NCBI RefSeq assembly: GCF_006345805.1
Contig: NC_043010.1
Location: 11,656,001-11,720,000 of the forward strand
From: Octopus sinensis
Lineage: Eukaryota
Direction of reading: 5' to 3'
DNA length: 64,000 nucleotides
Shown in pieces: positions 27,132-42,528 of the stretch (position 1 is its first letter; each line of letters opens with the position of its first letter). A program made the position numbers and the translations under genes. The notes below the pieces were generated by a model. It did not search any database. It worked only from the letters and a program-made list of their open reading frames with translations, and had not been told where the DNA came from.

Positions 27132-28202
27132 TATCTAGTGTAAGGACCAAATATTGTAATATTTAAGGGGTCACAACTTTTCCAAATACCTTGCCAAAAA
27201 ATGTTTGGTATATATGAGGCATAGATATGGATATGTTCAAGGGGCATTTGGACATATTTTTATCTTTGGTATTAAAAGATAAGTGTGGGATCAAGCAACT
27301 CATTGATACCTGAAATCAAGATAGCATCAATAGCAAAGAAATAAATTTCGAATCTAGATTCCTCTATTTCACTCACCTATTTCACTCATTCATGCATGCA
27401 CACATGCTTTTGCACATGCATACATGCTATAGCTTATTTCCTGCATGAATGGAGGTTCAACAATGTGGATCAGGTGCAAAGAGTTTTGTACCTCTAATCC
27501 AACCAAATGGTATAAGTATGGAACTGAACTTCTGGTACAAAACAGCAAGAGTCCATAGCATATGAGGGGCAATATTTTGATGAATAAACATTTTTTTAAA
27601 GTTATTTATCTGAACTGTTAATTAAAGCTTAAAATACAAAAAAAATTTTGACTCAACCTGGCATACACACACACACATACATAAAAACATGCATACATAT
27701 ATATAGGTATATCCAAGCATGTTTAAGTGTATGTGTACTGGTATATAACAGATTTTAATAAGTTAACAGCAATAAATAAATAAATAAATTACAACTGAGA
27801 AAAAGTTATTCAGTATCCAAGAAAAATGATCATGTTTTATGAGAAACAAATTCACAGGAAATGTGACTTCAACATTTTGTCAAAAATAAACCATCAAGTA
27901 GTGAATAATTAAAAACCAACAAAGTTTTTGATGATTTCAGACATAAGAAAAGATGAAAAAAAGAAAGAATTCTGGAAGATGGGACAAGCTAGAAAAAATA
28001 TAGAAAAATGTTGAAACAAGAAAATTTGAAGAAAACTTATGTCAAGCTAATAGGAAAATTTAATGGATAATATTTAAATTGAATAGAAAATTTATGGCTG
28101 CGAGATTTAAGATATGCATACACATAGTAAACCTAGATACATACACAAACCATTCAAATATATATATATGTATGTATATATATATATATATATTATATAT
28201 AC

Positions 28203-28242
<40 letters not shown>

Positions 28243-28436
28243 TAATATATATATATATGTATATATATATATACATATATATATATATACATACATATAT
28301 AATATATACATATATATATATATATATATAGTATATTTATATATATATATATATATAATACATATATATACATATATATATATATTCATATACATATATA
28401 TACATATATACATATACATATATATACATATATATA

Positions 28437-28471
<35 letters not shown>

Positions 28472-29171
28472 GTATGTATGTATAAACAAAAATGAACTAA
28501 GAGAAATAACATGGAATGGCCAGTGGCATGTATTTGAATAACATAGACAAATACAGTTATTTCAAATAGCATACAGTATAAATTCTTTACTTATTGAAAT
28601 TATCTCCATCTCTAGAGGAAGTGCCATTATTATCCAATGGCAACTGAGACAAGCTCCATACGAGAATGAGAAATAATTCAAATTCAACATGCTATTTAGG
28701 AAAGGGACAGATTCATTGTTTGAAAATGTGTGTGTAGTTGTGGACATCATGTTTCTGCCTCAAAAAGGTGTCATCAGTATGACATTCGATCTCACCTTTC
28801 TCCATCAGCCATGGGCTTAAAGAGATACAAAAAGAGTTGAGCACATTTAACCCTAGGTAATTTGCATAATTAAAATGAATGAGTTCATGGAAATAAAAGT
28901 CAAAATGGTCAGTGGCATGTATTTGGTCAACATAAACAAATGAAGCTACATCAAGCACATATGACATAAATTCATAGATTTAGTGATGCAAACAGGAAAA
29001 ACATAACTCAAAACATGAGTGTGTGTGTGTTTTATTATTATTATTATTTATTATAATTAATTACTGGCAGAAGTTACTGAGTGATTTAAGGACCATGAAT
29101 TTCATGCATTTAATAAGTGCCAACTCTTGAAACTCTCAACCCTTTAATCACTCTGAAACTTCTGCTGATAA

Positions 29172-29570
29172 TCTTTATATATAAAAGTGAAGTTGTGTGT
29201 CTGTCTCCTAAGATTTAGATTCCTAACTACTCCCACATTTTGCGGTGCAGTTTAACCAAAACCGGGTATCTTATAGTCGTGATTCATATTGAGCCCTTCT
29301 GGGTATTAGCGCACGTCTATGATGAGTCTACGATTTAAAAAAAAAATTACCATCATTTTTTTCCATTTTAATGCATTTTTTTCGCTATTAAATAAGGGAA
29401 GTAACTCTCTAAAAATGTCTACGATGAGTCAACGATTTTTAAAAAGATTTACCATCGTTTTTTTTCCATTTTAAATGCATTTTTTTGCTATTTTTTGGCT
29501 ATAACTCTCTAAAAATGCTTATATAGTTATTTCCCTTACAAACCCGAGCAACGCCGGGCGATACTGCTAG
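29172..29570 (+). mobile_element. Non-autonomous Helitron
   Basis: A|TC 5' end, CTAG|T 3' end, subterminal hairpin CCCG-AGCAACGC-CGGG at 29543-29558, no TSD, internal tandem duplication. Confidence 0.9.
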
Positions 29571-29892
29571 TTAATGATAAAAATAAAAGGCATAAATTTT
29601 TGATTTATTAAAATTATTGCCCCTCTAGAAGAGGAAATAATCTTAATAACCAAGATTTCTCCTAAGTTGACATGCTGCTATAACAAAAAATACAGGTTTA
29701 TTGTCTTTTCTTATATGGAGTTTGTTTTAATTGTCATTTGGTCATTATTATACAACCTCTAGAGATGAAACCAATTCTTATATAAGTTGGATGAAGTTTC
29801 TGCAACAACACGCCTCACACCATTTGCAGTGGTCATCCATCATTTATTTCTTGAAATTCAGCATCCTGAGATATGTTTTCACCACTTAATCT

Positions 29893-30276
29893 TTTTACTC
29901 TTTTACTTGTTTCAGTCATTTGACTGCGGCCATGCTGGAGCACCGCCTTTAGTCGAGAAAATCGACCCCGGGACTTATTCTTTGTATGCCCAGGACTTAT
30001 TCTATCGGTCTCTTTTGCCGAACCGCTAAGTGACAGGGACGTAAACACACCAGCATCGGTTGCTAGGGGGGACAAACACAGACACACAAACACATATATA
30101 TATATACATATATACGACGGGCTACTTTCAGTTTCCGTCTACCAAATCCACTCACAAGGCATTGGTCGGCCCGGGGCTATAGCAGAAGACACTTGCCCAA
30201 GATGCCACGCAGTGGGACTGAACCCGGAACCATGTGGTTGGTTAGCAAGCTACTTACCACACAGCCGCTCCTGCGC
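29893..30276 (-). mobile_element. SINE family A
   Basis: Homologous to 9782-10162. Confidence 0.92.
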
Positions 30277-30636
30277 ATGCACATATTTTACTTGTTTTGG
30301 AGAGAAAGAGGTCCAAAGATTTTTCCTACTATTCTTTACCCAACTGTCATCATTCATACACATCTCAGTCATACAAGTGCAGTATTTTCTCTTGCATATC
30401 ATATCTGATTCCTTATATAAACAGTATTTCTTTCAGTTCATTTGTACTTCGTCATTCATAGACACTAACATCACACATCCCATTGTACTCACTTGCTTCA
30501 CATTTTCTCCAGTCCTTGTGCATATTCTTCATTCAACATCATGTTTTGCAACCACAGAATATCAGAGGTCATACACAAGTATTATTACATAATATTCTAA
30601 TTATATAGGAGAGAGAGAGCAAGAACTTTTCTCACT

Positions 30637-30865
30637 ATCTATCTATCTATCCACTCAGTCGAAGTCGACTCTCGGTTACTCAATGGATCAGTGTCCTCAA
30701 GCCAGTTCTATCCTGGGTCGCTTCTTTCAGATTGGCTATATCCATTCCCATGTCACTCTTGATGGTGTCAAGCCAGCGGGTTCTTGGTTGGCCTCTTCCT
30801 CTCTTGCCACTGACCATTCCGAGCATGATGTCTTTCTCCAGGGATTTTCTCCGCATAATATTATG
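30637..30865 (-). mobile_element. RTE/BovB-like LINE 3' fragment
   Basis: IMRRKSLEKDIMLGMVSGKRGRGQPRTRWLDTI motif; (GATA)n tail. Confidence 0.88.
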
Positions 30866-31112
30866 GGTAATAGGCTTCCAGAACACTCACTCCCAGTACT
30901 AATTAAGTCATACTGAAAAGCAGTCAGTAACTTCTATGGAGCCATCAAAGCATATGAAAGAATCTAATTCATGAGTTAACTTTCAGCCCCTGTGCCTCTA
31001 CCATTACAAAATCTTCCTCTTCTGCGACCTTACTTTCAATCCCAATGCACCTCTTGTGCACCTGCAGATTATACTGTGTGTAATATGTAGGTGGCGAGCT
31101 GGGTATAATATA

Positions 31113-31341
31113 AGGCGGCGAGCTGACAGAAACGTTAGCATGCCGGGCGAAATGCTTAGCGGTATTTCGTCTGTAGTTACGTTCTGAGTTCAAATTCCGC
31201 CGAGGTCAACTTTGCCTTTCATCCTTTCAAAGTCGATATATAAAGTACCAGTTTCGCACTGGGGCGATATAATCGACTCAATCCCTTCGTCTGTCCTTGT
31301 TTGTCCCCTCTATGTTTAGCCCCTTGTGGGCAGTAAAGAAA
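31113..31341 (+). mobile_element. SINE family B
   Basis: Full head, central domain and tail. Confidence 0.88.
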
Positions 31342-31789
31342 TATATATAGAATTTCTTCTTACTCCTTTCTGCCCATGAAACACGACTATTTCCTGAATG
31401 GCAATAGAGACACATCTCTTTTTTTCTTTTACAGGCTTTCTTTGAGGACTCTTGATTCTAGCCTTCACTTCCTTGTTTGGAATATAATCCTTAAATTTTT
31501 GAAAGATTCAGCTAAGTAAGCAAATCCATGAGCATACTGCATTAGCTCTTTTGATATCAACTAGCCTCAGACCCTTTCGATGTTAACCATCCTGATTCTG
31601 TGGTGCAAACCTCTTGCCTTCAAGTCATCTAAATTAAAACCTCATATCAAAATTTCCTGTTAATTAGTGTTCCAAAAACTAGCTTAATAATGAAAATGGT
31701 ATTTCAGTAAGTTCTTTATTATTTTCAAAATTAATTGGCACAACACAGAGTATTTCAACAGAAACGGAAAAACAAAAGTATTAGATAGC

Positions 31790-32430
31790 ATCATCATCAT
31801 CATCATTATCGTTTAACGCCCGCTTTCCATGCTAGCATGGGTTGGACAATTTTGACTGAGGGCTGGTGAGCCAGATGGCTGCACCAGGCTCCAATCTTGA
31901 TCTGACATAGTTTCTACAGCTGGATGCCCTTCCTAACGCCAACCACTCCAAGAGTGTAGTGGATGCTTTTTACGTGCCACTGGCATGGGAGCCAGTGAGG
32001 TGGCACTGGCAATGACCTCGCTTGAATCATTTTACACATGCCACCAGCACAGGTGCCAGTGAAGCGACGTTGGTAACGATCATGCTCGAATGGTGCCCTT
32101 TTATGTGCCAGTTGTGTACGGAAGCCAGTTGGCTGCTCTGGCAACGATCACACTCGGATAGTGCTCTTGGCACCCTACTAGCACAGGCACAAGTGCCAGT
32201 AAGGTGACGCTGGTAACGATCACGCTTAAATGGTGCCCTTTTATGTGCCAGTTGTGTATGGAAGCCAGCTGGCTGCTCTGGCAATGATCACGCTTGGATG
32301 GTGCTCTTGGCACCCTACTAGCATAGGCATAAGTGCCAGTAAGGTGACGCTGGTAACGATCATACTCGAATAGCCTCTCTGTCAACGATCACACTCGTAT
32401 GGTGCTCTTTGTACCCCGCTAGCACAAATG
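31790..32430 (-). mobile_element. Family C element with an internal 140-bp tandem array
   Basis: (CAT)n end and family C motif; GTGCCAGT anchors at 32053, 32193 and 32333. Confidence 0.85.
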
Positions 32431-32831
32431 CCAGTCATCGAATTGATTTTTATTTTGATTTTGATTCTGTCTAAAATTATTTTGTTGAGTTAGAGAATTA
32501 GGGTAAAGTGATGTGGGCTGAGGACAAAGACTTGATGGACACACACATACACACTTGCATGCTGACAGCATCACCTGTATATGTCTTGCACAACTCATAT
32601 TAGGAATTCACTACCATCAGACTAGACTCTATGAAACTATTTCAGATGACTAAATAGGACATCTGCCCATCACAGGGTTACTCACTTAGAGCTGAGTGGA
32701 CTGGAGCAATGTGAGAAAAGGGGTTTTGCTCAGAAACACAATGCATCACCAATCTGTGACACAAAATTACAATCTTGGAATGGTGACAGCAACACCCAAA
32801 CCACCAGGCCATGTACCATCACAAACACACC

Positions 32832-32872
<41 letters not shown>

Positions 32873-33267
32873 TATATATATACATAAATAGATATATTGA
32901 ATATACAAATACTTGATAAATATACAGATAGATATATACAAACATATATGTGTAAAGAAATACCAGGTTACATAAATATATATATATGTATATGGATAGA
33001 TACATTTATATTCATCAAAATATTTTTGTTGCATTTATACTCTCATAACGTAATAATGATAATGTGTAATTGCATATATGTATTAATATAAATATGCATA
33101 AATAGAGACTGTACTACAGTATGCTTGTATTACCCACGTATGTTGATATATACACATATACACATATGTATGTATATATGTATTTATGTATGCATGTATG
33201 TATATATGTATGTTAGATGTATGAAAATATAAATATGCATGTGTGTGTATGAGTGTGTACATATATA

Positions 33268-33310
<43 letters not shown>

Positions 33311-33565
33311 ATGTGTGTGTATACATATATATGAATGCAAGCATATATATTACGTATATATGTCTGTATGTATATATCAATCTATCTATATATATATTTA
33401 TATGCATATAGTATATATGTATGTAAATGTGTGTATATATATATACATGCATATATATATATATATATTATATATATATATATTTTTATATATATAATAT
33501 ATATTTTTATATATTTATATATTTTCATGATATATATATATACATACATATATATATATATAGGC

Positions 33566-33605
<40 letters not shown>

Positions 33606-33806
33606 TGCATATATCTACAGATATCATTATATTTATTATTATTCATCAAAATGTCCTTATTGTATTTATACAGTTATAATGTAATAATGGTGGTGTTTAA
33701 TTGCATAAATATGCTCATTCAAATATACATACATATACATACATACATACATATATATATATATACATGTGTATGCATATATACATATATATACTTATAT
33801 ATGCAT

Positions 33807-33839
<33 letters not shown>

Positions 33840-34229
33840 AATATTATATACAAACACTATTCTTCAAACTACACATGTAATACTCATGTATAGCCCTTTC
33901 CTGAAAGCTTTATTACAATATATATACATATTTAGAGAGAATATATGGGCATATATATACATGTATTATGCGAATGCGTGTGCAAATACACATATATCAG
34001 CATGCATTTGTATATATGGATATACATATTCATGTATCAACAGTCCACAGCTTGTATGTAATGCATGCGCACAGGGACATGTATAATGAAATGATTATGT
34101 CTCAGTATTTATGTTTATGTATACAAGACAAAAAAATGAGCATGCAACCTCACTTACTACATGTATATGCAAATGTATATGTGTACATATGTAAGTGCAC
34201 ATACATACCAATACTTATACACACATATA

Positions 34230-34287
<58 letters not shown>

Positions 34288-34315
34288 TTTTATATAGTAT
34301 ATATATATATATTTA

Positions 34316-34346
<31 letters not shown>

Positions 34347-35031
34347 ATGTATGTATGCATATGTATATATATGTATTATATATGTATTATATATGTATGC
34401 ATGTATGTATATATATATATATATATATAAATAATATATATATAATAAAATATATATATACATATATATATAAAAATATATATATATATACATATAATAT
34501 AAATATATATATATACATTTATATATTATGTATATTCATGCATATATAGATACATACACATACATACACATGCACACACATGCACGCACCACACACACAC
34601 ACACACACAGAAATATGTGCAAGGTTGTATCTATGCATACTACAAACAGGGAGGCCCGCCTTATAATAAACCTACAAGACTCATCATTGAATAATATTTG
34701 CTTGGGGCATCTCCATGGTTAGTTTTGATTCCAGCGTAAACAATGTAGGAAAAATGGATGTGAGAGAATATACCAATTAGGTCTTTCAGATATTAGAAAA
34801 TGGAGGTGAAAAAAAAAAAAAAAAGATTCCTTTCTGAAAGAAAGTACTTTCTTTCTTTCTCTCTTTTTCCTTATTCAATTCCATTTCCTTCATTTTCTTT
34901 CTTTCTTTCCTTCCATTTCCTGCATATTTTTTGTATGTTATTTCATTTCTTGATGCGGGTGTGTATGTATGCATATATATAAATTACATACATACATACA
35001 TACATATATAGTAGATATATACATAAACACG

Positions 35032-35086
<55 letters not shown>

Positions 35087-35943
35087 ATATATATATATAT
35101 ATATGCATATATATATAATATATATTATATATATTATATATATATAGTATATATATATGTATATATATACACATTTATATACATATATGTAACATGCATG
35201 GACGTAAATATATTTATCGACTTATATATTTTTATACATGTATGTATATATGCATCTATGTATATTTTATATAGATATTTATGCATCATATATATAAGCA
35301 TATAGAACAAAAAATATATACTATATAATATACATGCGTGCATATATATATATATATATCATAACACACACACATATATACATTCAGACACACACACATG
35401 CACACACAAATGCACATTCAGGCAATTCACATACACGCACACACATATATGTATGTCATACGTATGTATTCATGTATGTATATATATGTATGTTTGCATA
35501 AGGAGGGGGAAGAGGCTTGTAACATCATTTTCGTTACACGATCATCAAACAAATCAAAATGCAGCATTATGAGGCATACCATCGTAAAATGAATCTAATT
35601 AATTCTGAGCTCTCTTCGTCAAAGTAGTAAGGCTTTCAACGGCCCCCCATGTAGAAATATTGTTCTGTCATAAATTACTGTATCATCTCAGATATTCCCA
35701 TTCTAATATAATTGGAACTAGGAAAACTTCATCAATTTATTCCTATTAATTTACTTTCCAAAGCCATTCAGTCCAGCAATAAATATTCATTTTATTTCCT
35801 CATTATTTACAAATATCTCAAAAGATATTTCACAGTCCCTGCTTCAATTTAGCTCATTGCCTGTTCATTCTTATATACCTCTACATACTTATGTATATAT
35901 TTATATATATATATTGTACAATATATATATAGAATATATATAT

Positions 35944-36003
<60 letters not shown>

Positions 36004-36076
36004 GTTATGTATGTAGGTTGTGATATATAATGTATATATATTACATATATATATATATATTACATAAACATATATT

Positions 36077-36108
<32 letters not shown>

Positions 36109-36179
36109 TACACACTTGCACATGTGTACACACTCACTTTTGAAATTATGCATATATTATATTTATATTATATTTATAT

Positions 36180-36517
36180 CTTTTACTTGTTTCAGTCACT
36201 CGACTACAACCATGCCGGGATACCACCTTTTGGTCCCTTTTGCCAAACCCCTAAGTTATGAGGGACATGATACACCAACACAAGTTGTCAAACAGTTGTT
36301 GGAAGGACAAACACAAACACAGAGATACACACACACACACACATTTGTATATACAATGGGCTTCTTTCAGTTTCGGTCTACAAAATCCACTCACAAGGCT
36401 TTGGTTGGCTTGAGGCTATTGTACAGAACACTTGCTCAAGGTGCCATGCTAGGAGACTGAACCCAGAACCATATGGTTGTGAATCGAACCTCTTACCACA
36501 CGGCCATGTCTTGCACC
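36180..36517 (-). mobile_element. Degenerate SINE family A
   Basis: Homology to the family A head and tail. Confidence 0.8.
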
Positions 36518-38288
36518 TATAAGCTGTGCCTATTTATAAGTATATATATATGTATAGTAGTGACACCTGGTGGTTCAGCTGCTCTACACTGATAAGGGGC
36601 AAATACCTGAAAACTAGTCTGTAGATGCCAGATCAGCAAAGGGGAAGCAGCTAATCTCCCCTGTTCAAAGGTTATAATGGACACAGTTTCGTGTGTCACA
36701 TACCAGCATTTGTACAATTTTTCTGGACTGCCTTGTTAGCTTGGAGATAACTTTTAATACATATAATTACATATAATATATATAAATATATATAAATATA
36801 TATATATATATGCATATATAGAGACATATATATACATGTATGTGTGTATATGTATGTAAGTATGTTTATGTATTTATAGTTATATCTACATGTGTTTGTG
36901 TACACACACATATATGTATATATATATATATATATTGATTTGTGTGTGTGTGTGTACATATATGTGGATGGATGCATGTTTGGAGGCATGTATGCATGTA
37001 CACATGTATGTATGTGTAGACAATTATTTTAATGTGATGAAAATGGGGATATTCTGACGTATGTTAGTCTATTTCATTTAGCAACAAACTAGGCACTCAC
37101 ACTTAAGGATAAAATGTTAATAGCATTTGGTTGAATTTTGGTGCAGTATTTCCAATTTTTCTCATCACCATGGTAATATATCCCCACAAGCCTTCTATTC
37201 TACATTTACTCTTGTCTAAATGTTGCAATGACAAAAGCCATTATAGAAGCAATTGTCCATGACTAATAGTTTCAAATTCTCTTTAAAAAACGTTCATTGT
37301 GATGAGATCTACAAAGTTATCTATTCAATGCTGTCGGCTGTAGGAAATCTTCAATATAAAAATGTTTTTGTTGTTTAGATAAGAAGCCTTTATCTACAGC
37401 CTGCCTGTTAATTATACCAGCAAAACAATTCCTGCATAGCTGGAGAAGATACTTTGCTTCAACACAACTGATTATTAAAGCTGACATCATATTTGGGGTT
37501 TTTTTTCCAGAAAACAGAGATTTTAAATTTATATTTATGGCAAAGATAGATTTAACACTATGCTTTATCAACCACAATTTCCTTTATACTTTGCAATTAC
37601 CTATGATCATCAAACTGATATGTTATTTTTATATAAATATACACGGTCCTAAAACAACCTTTGAATTCAATGTTTGGCAACGGGAGTTGTTGTTTCAAAC
37701 ACACACAAACTATTTATATAAGTTAATATACTTCCTATTGAACATGCTTCAAATATATCTTTTGCTTCCATTAACTCTGGTAAATGCAGTAACGGTATTT
37801 TTTTATAGACAAGCCGAGCTTGTAAATATACTTACCACTCTGCACTGAGCCCCTTTGGCGCAATAGAAGAACGTTTCAAATTTGTTGAAGTGAAAAATCA
37901 CTGTTTAGATAAGATACTGAATTGCTTGCTTTGCTTAGAAATCGTGAATTCAAACCTGCTGAAGATGTCTTATGTGCATGTGTGTGTACATGTGTGTGTG
38001 ATATGTGTATGTGTGTGTGTGTGCTTGTGTGAACATTTATGTATCTTCCTATCTATCTATCTGTTTGTTTGTCTATACATGTATACATATTCATATACAT
38101 ACAAACACAAAATACACACAAGCATGGACACACACACACACACACACACAACACACACACAAAATACACACATGCACGCACACACACTCACATATTTATA
38201 TATATATACACATGCACATATACATATATATACACACACATATATATATATGCATATACACATATGTATATAATATATGTATAATACA

Positions 38289-38670
38289 TGGAAGCACAAT
38301 GGCCCAGTTGTTAGGGCAGCCGACTCACAGTCATAAGATCGCAGTCATAAGATCGATTCTCAAACCGAGTATTGCGAGTGCTTATTGAGCGAAACCCCTA
38401 AAACTCCACGAGGCTCCAGCAGGGGGTAGTGGTGAAACCTGCTGTACTCTTTCACCACGACTTTCTTTCACTCTTTCTTCCTGTTTCTGTTGTACCTGTA
38501 TTTCAAAGGGCCAGCCTTGTTGCACTGTGTCATGCTGAATATCCCCGAGAACTACATTAAGGGTACACGTGTCTGTGGAGCGCTCAACCACTTGCTTGTT
38601 AATTTCACGAGCAGGCTGTTCCATTGATCGGATCAACTGGAACCCTCATCGTTGTAACCAACAGAGTGCC
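38289..38670 (+). mobile_element. Degenerate SINE family D
   Basis: Homologous to the reverse complement of 17825-18205. Confidence 0.85.
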
Positions 38671-39056
38671 ACAATATAATGCATACATCATCACTGTCAT
38701 CGTCATCATCATCATGATCATCACTTCAGCATCTACTTTTCCATGCTTCCATGGATCATGTGGGGGTTCATTTGAAGCAGCTTTTCTATAGTTGGATACT
38801 CTTCCTGTCACCAACCTTCACCTGTTTCCAAGCAAGGTAATGTTTCCCAATGTCTTGACTTCTTATAGTATGCTGGAAATGAATGACACTGCTTGTATAA
38901 CAGAGACAGTTATTAGGCAGTATCACACATTGTGAAAACAAAGAGGTACAAAAAGACATGCACATTCACACATGCACACACATAAAAACACACACTCACA
39001 CACACACACTCAGATATGTATGTGTACATACGTGTGTGTGTGTGTGTGTGTATTTT

Positions 39057-39482
39057 TTCTTTTATTTGTTTCAGTCATTTGACTGTGGCCACGCTGGAGC
39101 ATCACTTTTAGTCGAACAAATCAACCCCAGGACTTATTCTTTGTAAGCCTTATACTTATTTTATCGGTCTCTTTTGCCGAACTGCTAGGTTACAGGGGCG
39201 TAAACACACTAACATTTCTTGTCACGTGATGGTAGGGGACAAACACACACACAAACTTACATACATACACATACACATACACACACACACATATATATAT
39301 AGATATAGATATATATATAAGACAGACTTCTTTCAGTTTCCGTGAACTAAATCCACTCATAAGGCCTTGGTTGGCCCAAGGCTATAGTAGAAGACACCTG
39401 CCCATGGTGCCACACAGTGGGACTGAACCCGAAGCTATGTGGTTGCGAAGCAAGCTTCTTACCACACAGCCACACCTGCACC
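39057..39482 (-). mobile_element. SINE family A
   Basis: Homology to family A. Confidence 0.88.
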
Positions 39483-39655
39483 TATATATAATTCCTAGAT
39501 GAGAATCAGATATTTTCCGCATAGAGTACACTTAGTTGTATTCAAGAAGTTTAATCATGAGCAAGTAGAGGAGTAAATGTAAGGATAAGAGAGTTTGGCA
39601 GGTCGATATACAAAGAGGTTCATATCATCTGTCAACAAAATTAATTTATATTGGA

Positions 39656-40053
39656 CTAGCAGTATCGCCCGGCGTTGCTCGGGTTTGTAAGGGAAATAAC
39701 TATAGAGCATTTTTAGAGAGTTATAGCCAAAAAATAGCAAAAAAATGCATTAAAAATAGAAAAAAAATTATGGTAAATTTTTTTTTAAATCGTTGACTCA
39801 TCGTAGACATTTTTAGAGAGTTACTTCCCTTATATAATCGCGAAAAAAATGCATTAAGATGGAAAAAAATGATGGTAAATTATTTTTAAAATCGTAGACT
39901 CATCATAGACGAGCGCTAATACCCAGAAGGGCTCGATATGAATCACGACTATAAGATACTCGCTTTTGGTTACACGGCATCGCAAAATGTGGGAGTAGTT
40001 AGGAATCTAAATCGTAGGAGACAGACACACAACTTCACTTTTACATATAAAGA
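39656..40053 (-). mobile_element. Non-autonomous Helitron, second copy of 29172-29570
   Basis: The reverse complement starts TC and ends CTAG|T, with the same hairpin. Confidence 0.9.
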
Positions 40054-40134
40054 ATTGTAATATTCTTCTTCAAACCATTGAATTCTTGATATCATTTTTA
40101 TTCTTTGTATGTCGGACCTTTTTGTATGCAAACA

Positions 40135-40360
40135 TACTCTTTACTCTCTTTTACTTGTTTCAGTCATTTGACTGTGGCCACACTGGAGCAGCGCCTTTAG
40201 TCGAGCAAATCGACCCCTGGACTTATTCTTTGTAAGCCTAGTATTTATTCTATCAGCCTCTTTTGCCAAACCGCTAAGTTACAGGGACATAAACACACCA
40301 ACATCGGTTGTCAAGTGATGTTCGGGGAACAAACACACACACACAAACACACACACAGAC

Positions 40361-40411
<51 letters not shown>

Positions 40412-40580
40412 TATATACGATGGGCTTCTTTCAGTTTCCGTCTACCAAATCCACTCACAAGGCTTTGCTCGGCTCGAGGCTATAGTAGAAGACACTTGCC
40501 TGAGATGCCACGCAGTGGAACTGAACCCAGAACCATGTGGTTGGTAAGCAAGCTACTTACCACACAGCCACTCCTACGCC
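40135..40580 (-). mobile_element. SINE family A
   Basis: Homology to family A. Confidence 0.9.
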
Positions 40581-41211
40581 CTACATAAATAGGAGTTTCC
40601 ATTAGAAATGTGGCCACAAAAGGTTATATTTATTTTTAATAATTTCATTGGTTTAGCTTTACAACAATAAATAAACATATTGTATCTGTCCTGCCTTGAA
40701 AATTTCAAGCCAGATTTTTCCCAAAAAGTCTATAAAATATCTACAGGAGGAACATATCTTTTCCAATTTTAAAAACTTATTAAATAATGGAGAGTAGCTT
40801 ATATTTGCATGGCTGAAGTTAAAATACATTATATTGCAGACGCATTTTTGTTCTCTAAAAAGGGCCATTCTTATTATAATCATTGGCATAACAAGAACTT
40901 TAGACATTAATTTTTTTTCGCCCAAATCATATCTACATTTGCTATTGGTTGTATAAGTCTAGAAATGACCCTAATCCTTCTATTCTCAACTACAGATATT
41001 TTCTTCTGTTAACTGTCCTCCTATAACTGCAGCATTCCAGTCTGTTTTTGTCAATCTCCATTCAAAATACCACTAATCCAGCTTATAATATTTCTTCATC
41101 CAGTTCTCTTTGTCCATTTTCAGTAAATGCTGCAAGACTTGTTCGGAAAGAAACAACACCTCCTGAGTTAGATTCCTACCCATCTTATCTACATAATGTG
41201 AGTGTTTGTGT

Positions 41212-41253
<42 letters not shown>

Positions 41254-41375
41254 ATGCATGTGTATGTGTGTACATATTTGTGTATGCTTGTATTGATATA
41301 AGTGAATATTATATGTGTATGTGTGAGTGAGTATGTATGTATGTATGTAGATATATAATATGTAGATATACATGA

Positions 41376-41410
<35 letters not shown>

Positions 41411-41484
41411 AAGAGAGAAAGAGAGAGAGAGAGAGATACTTAGATAGAAAGATAGATAGATAGATAGATTTAAATATATATGTG

Positions 41485-41517
<33 letters not shown>

Positions 41518-41528
41518 GTATGTATATG

Positions 41529-41559
<31 letters not shown>

Positions 41560-41611
41560 GTATATATATATATATACACACATATGTATGTATATGTATA
41601 TATATATATGC

Positions 41612-41648
<37 letters not shown>

Positions 41649-42067
41649 TATGCATATACTTATTTATATCTATATAAATATATAAAGTATGTGTATGCAT
41701 ATACAAATGTACATATACACATAGCTGTGTGTGTATGTGTGTGTATGTGTGTGTGTGTGCATGTGCTTAAGTGAATGTATATTGTATATAATTTTTATTG
41801 TTTTTAGTATCATCATCATCATCATCATGATGGTCGTCGTCATCATCATCTTCTTTTCGTTTTTGTCACATGATATTGCAGATTATCTCTATGTATCTTG
41901 GGCATAGGTTTTCCATCCAAGAGGGATTAGAGGGAATGGTTGTTTTTTTCTTTTGTTGTTATGCTTGTTTTTTTTTTGTGTTTTTTTTTGCATTCTTCTT
42001 CGGTAAGGTGAGGTCTTTTTCCATCTGATATTGGGTTTTAGGTACTGCTCAGTGCTCTGTATGCATG

Positions 42068-42101
<34 letters not shown>

Positions 42102-42332
42102 GTGGGTGAGGGCTGGGGTGTGCATGCTAGCCTGTGTATAGGAATCTGTCACGTGTGGTAAGTGAGAAGGCAAAGACGGAAACGGAGTGGGACTAACAGA
42201 CAGACAATATTACCAACTATTTATCTTTTAGTTTTTTTTTTATATTCATTTCAGTCATTGGACTGCGGCCATGCTGGGGCACCACCTTGAATGCCTGGTG
42301 GAAAGCATGTGGTTGGAAACTGAGCTTCTTAA

Positions 42333-42528
42333 CCCTTTCGTTACCGTATTTATTTTGAGATGCTCTGTGTTTCTTTCAATTACTTTAAATGTACCAAAGA
42401 ATTCAGCCAGTGTTAGGAACATAAATTGTGACTAAGGTTTGGTGAAAGATTTTTATTCAAAACTTATGAAAATAAGACATTTGTACTCAGAGCCAGAACC
42501 GGTATCAGCCGGGTTTATAATGAAAGGG
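42333..42528. mobile_element. TTAA-type (piggyBac-like) MITE
   Basis: TTAA TSDs at 42329-42332 and 42529-42532; CCCTTTC termini. Confidence 0.88.

Noticed and set aside
31960-32430. CRISPR-like regularly spaced repeats
   Set aside because: The intervening sequences are themselves repeated, there are no unique spacers or cas genes, and the context is eukaryotic.
37540-37730. Helitron helicase C-terminal remnant (QFPL..FAIT)
   Set aside because: The match is too short and the downstream SQGQ/HGQLYVA motifs are not recoverable.
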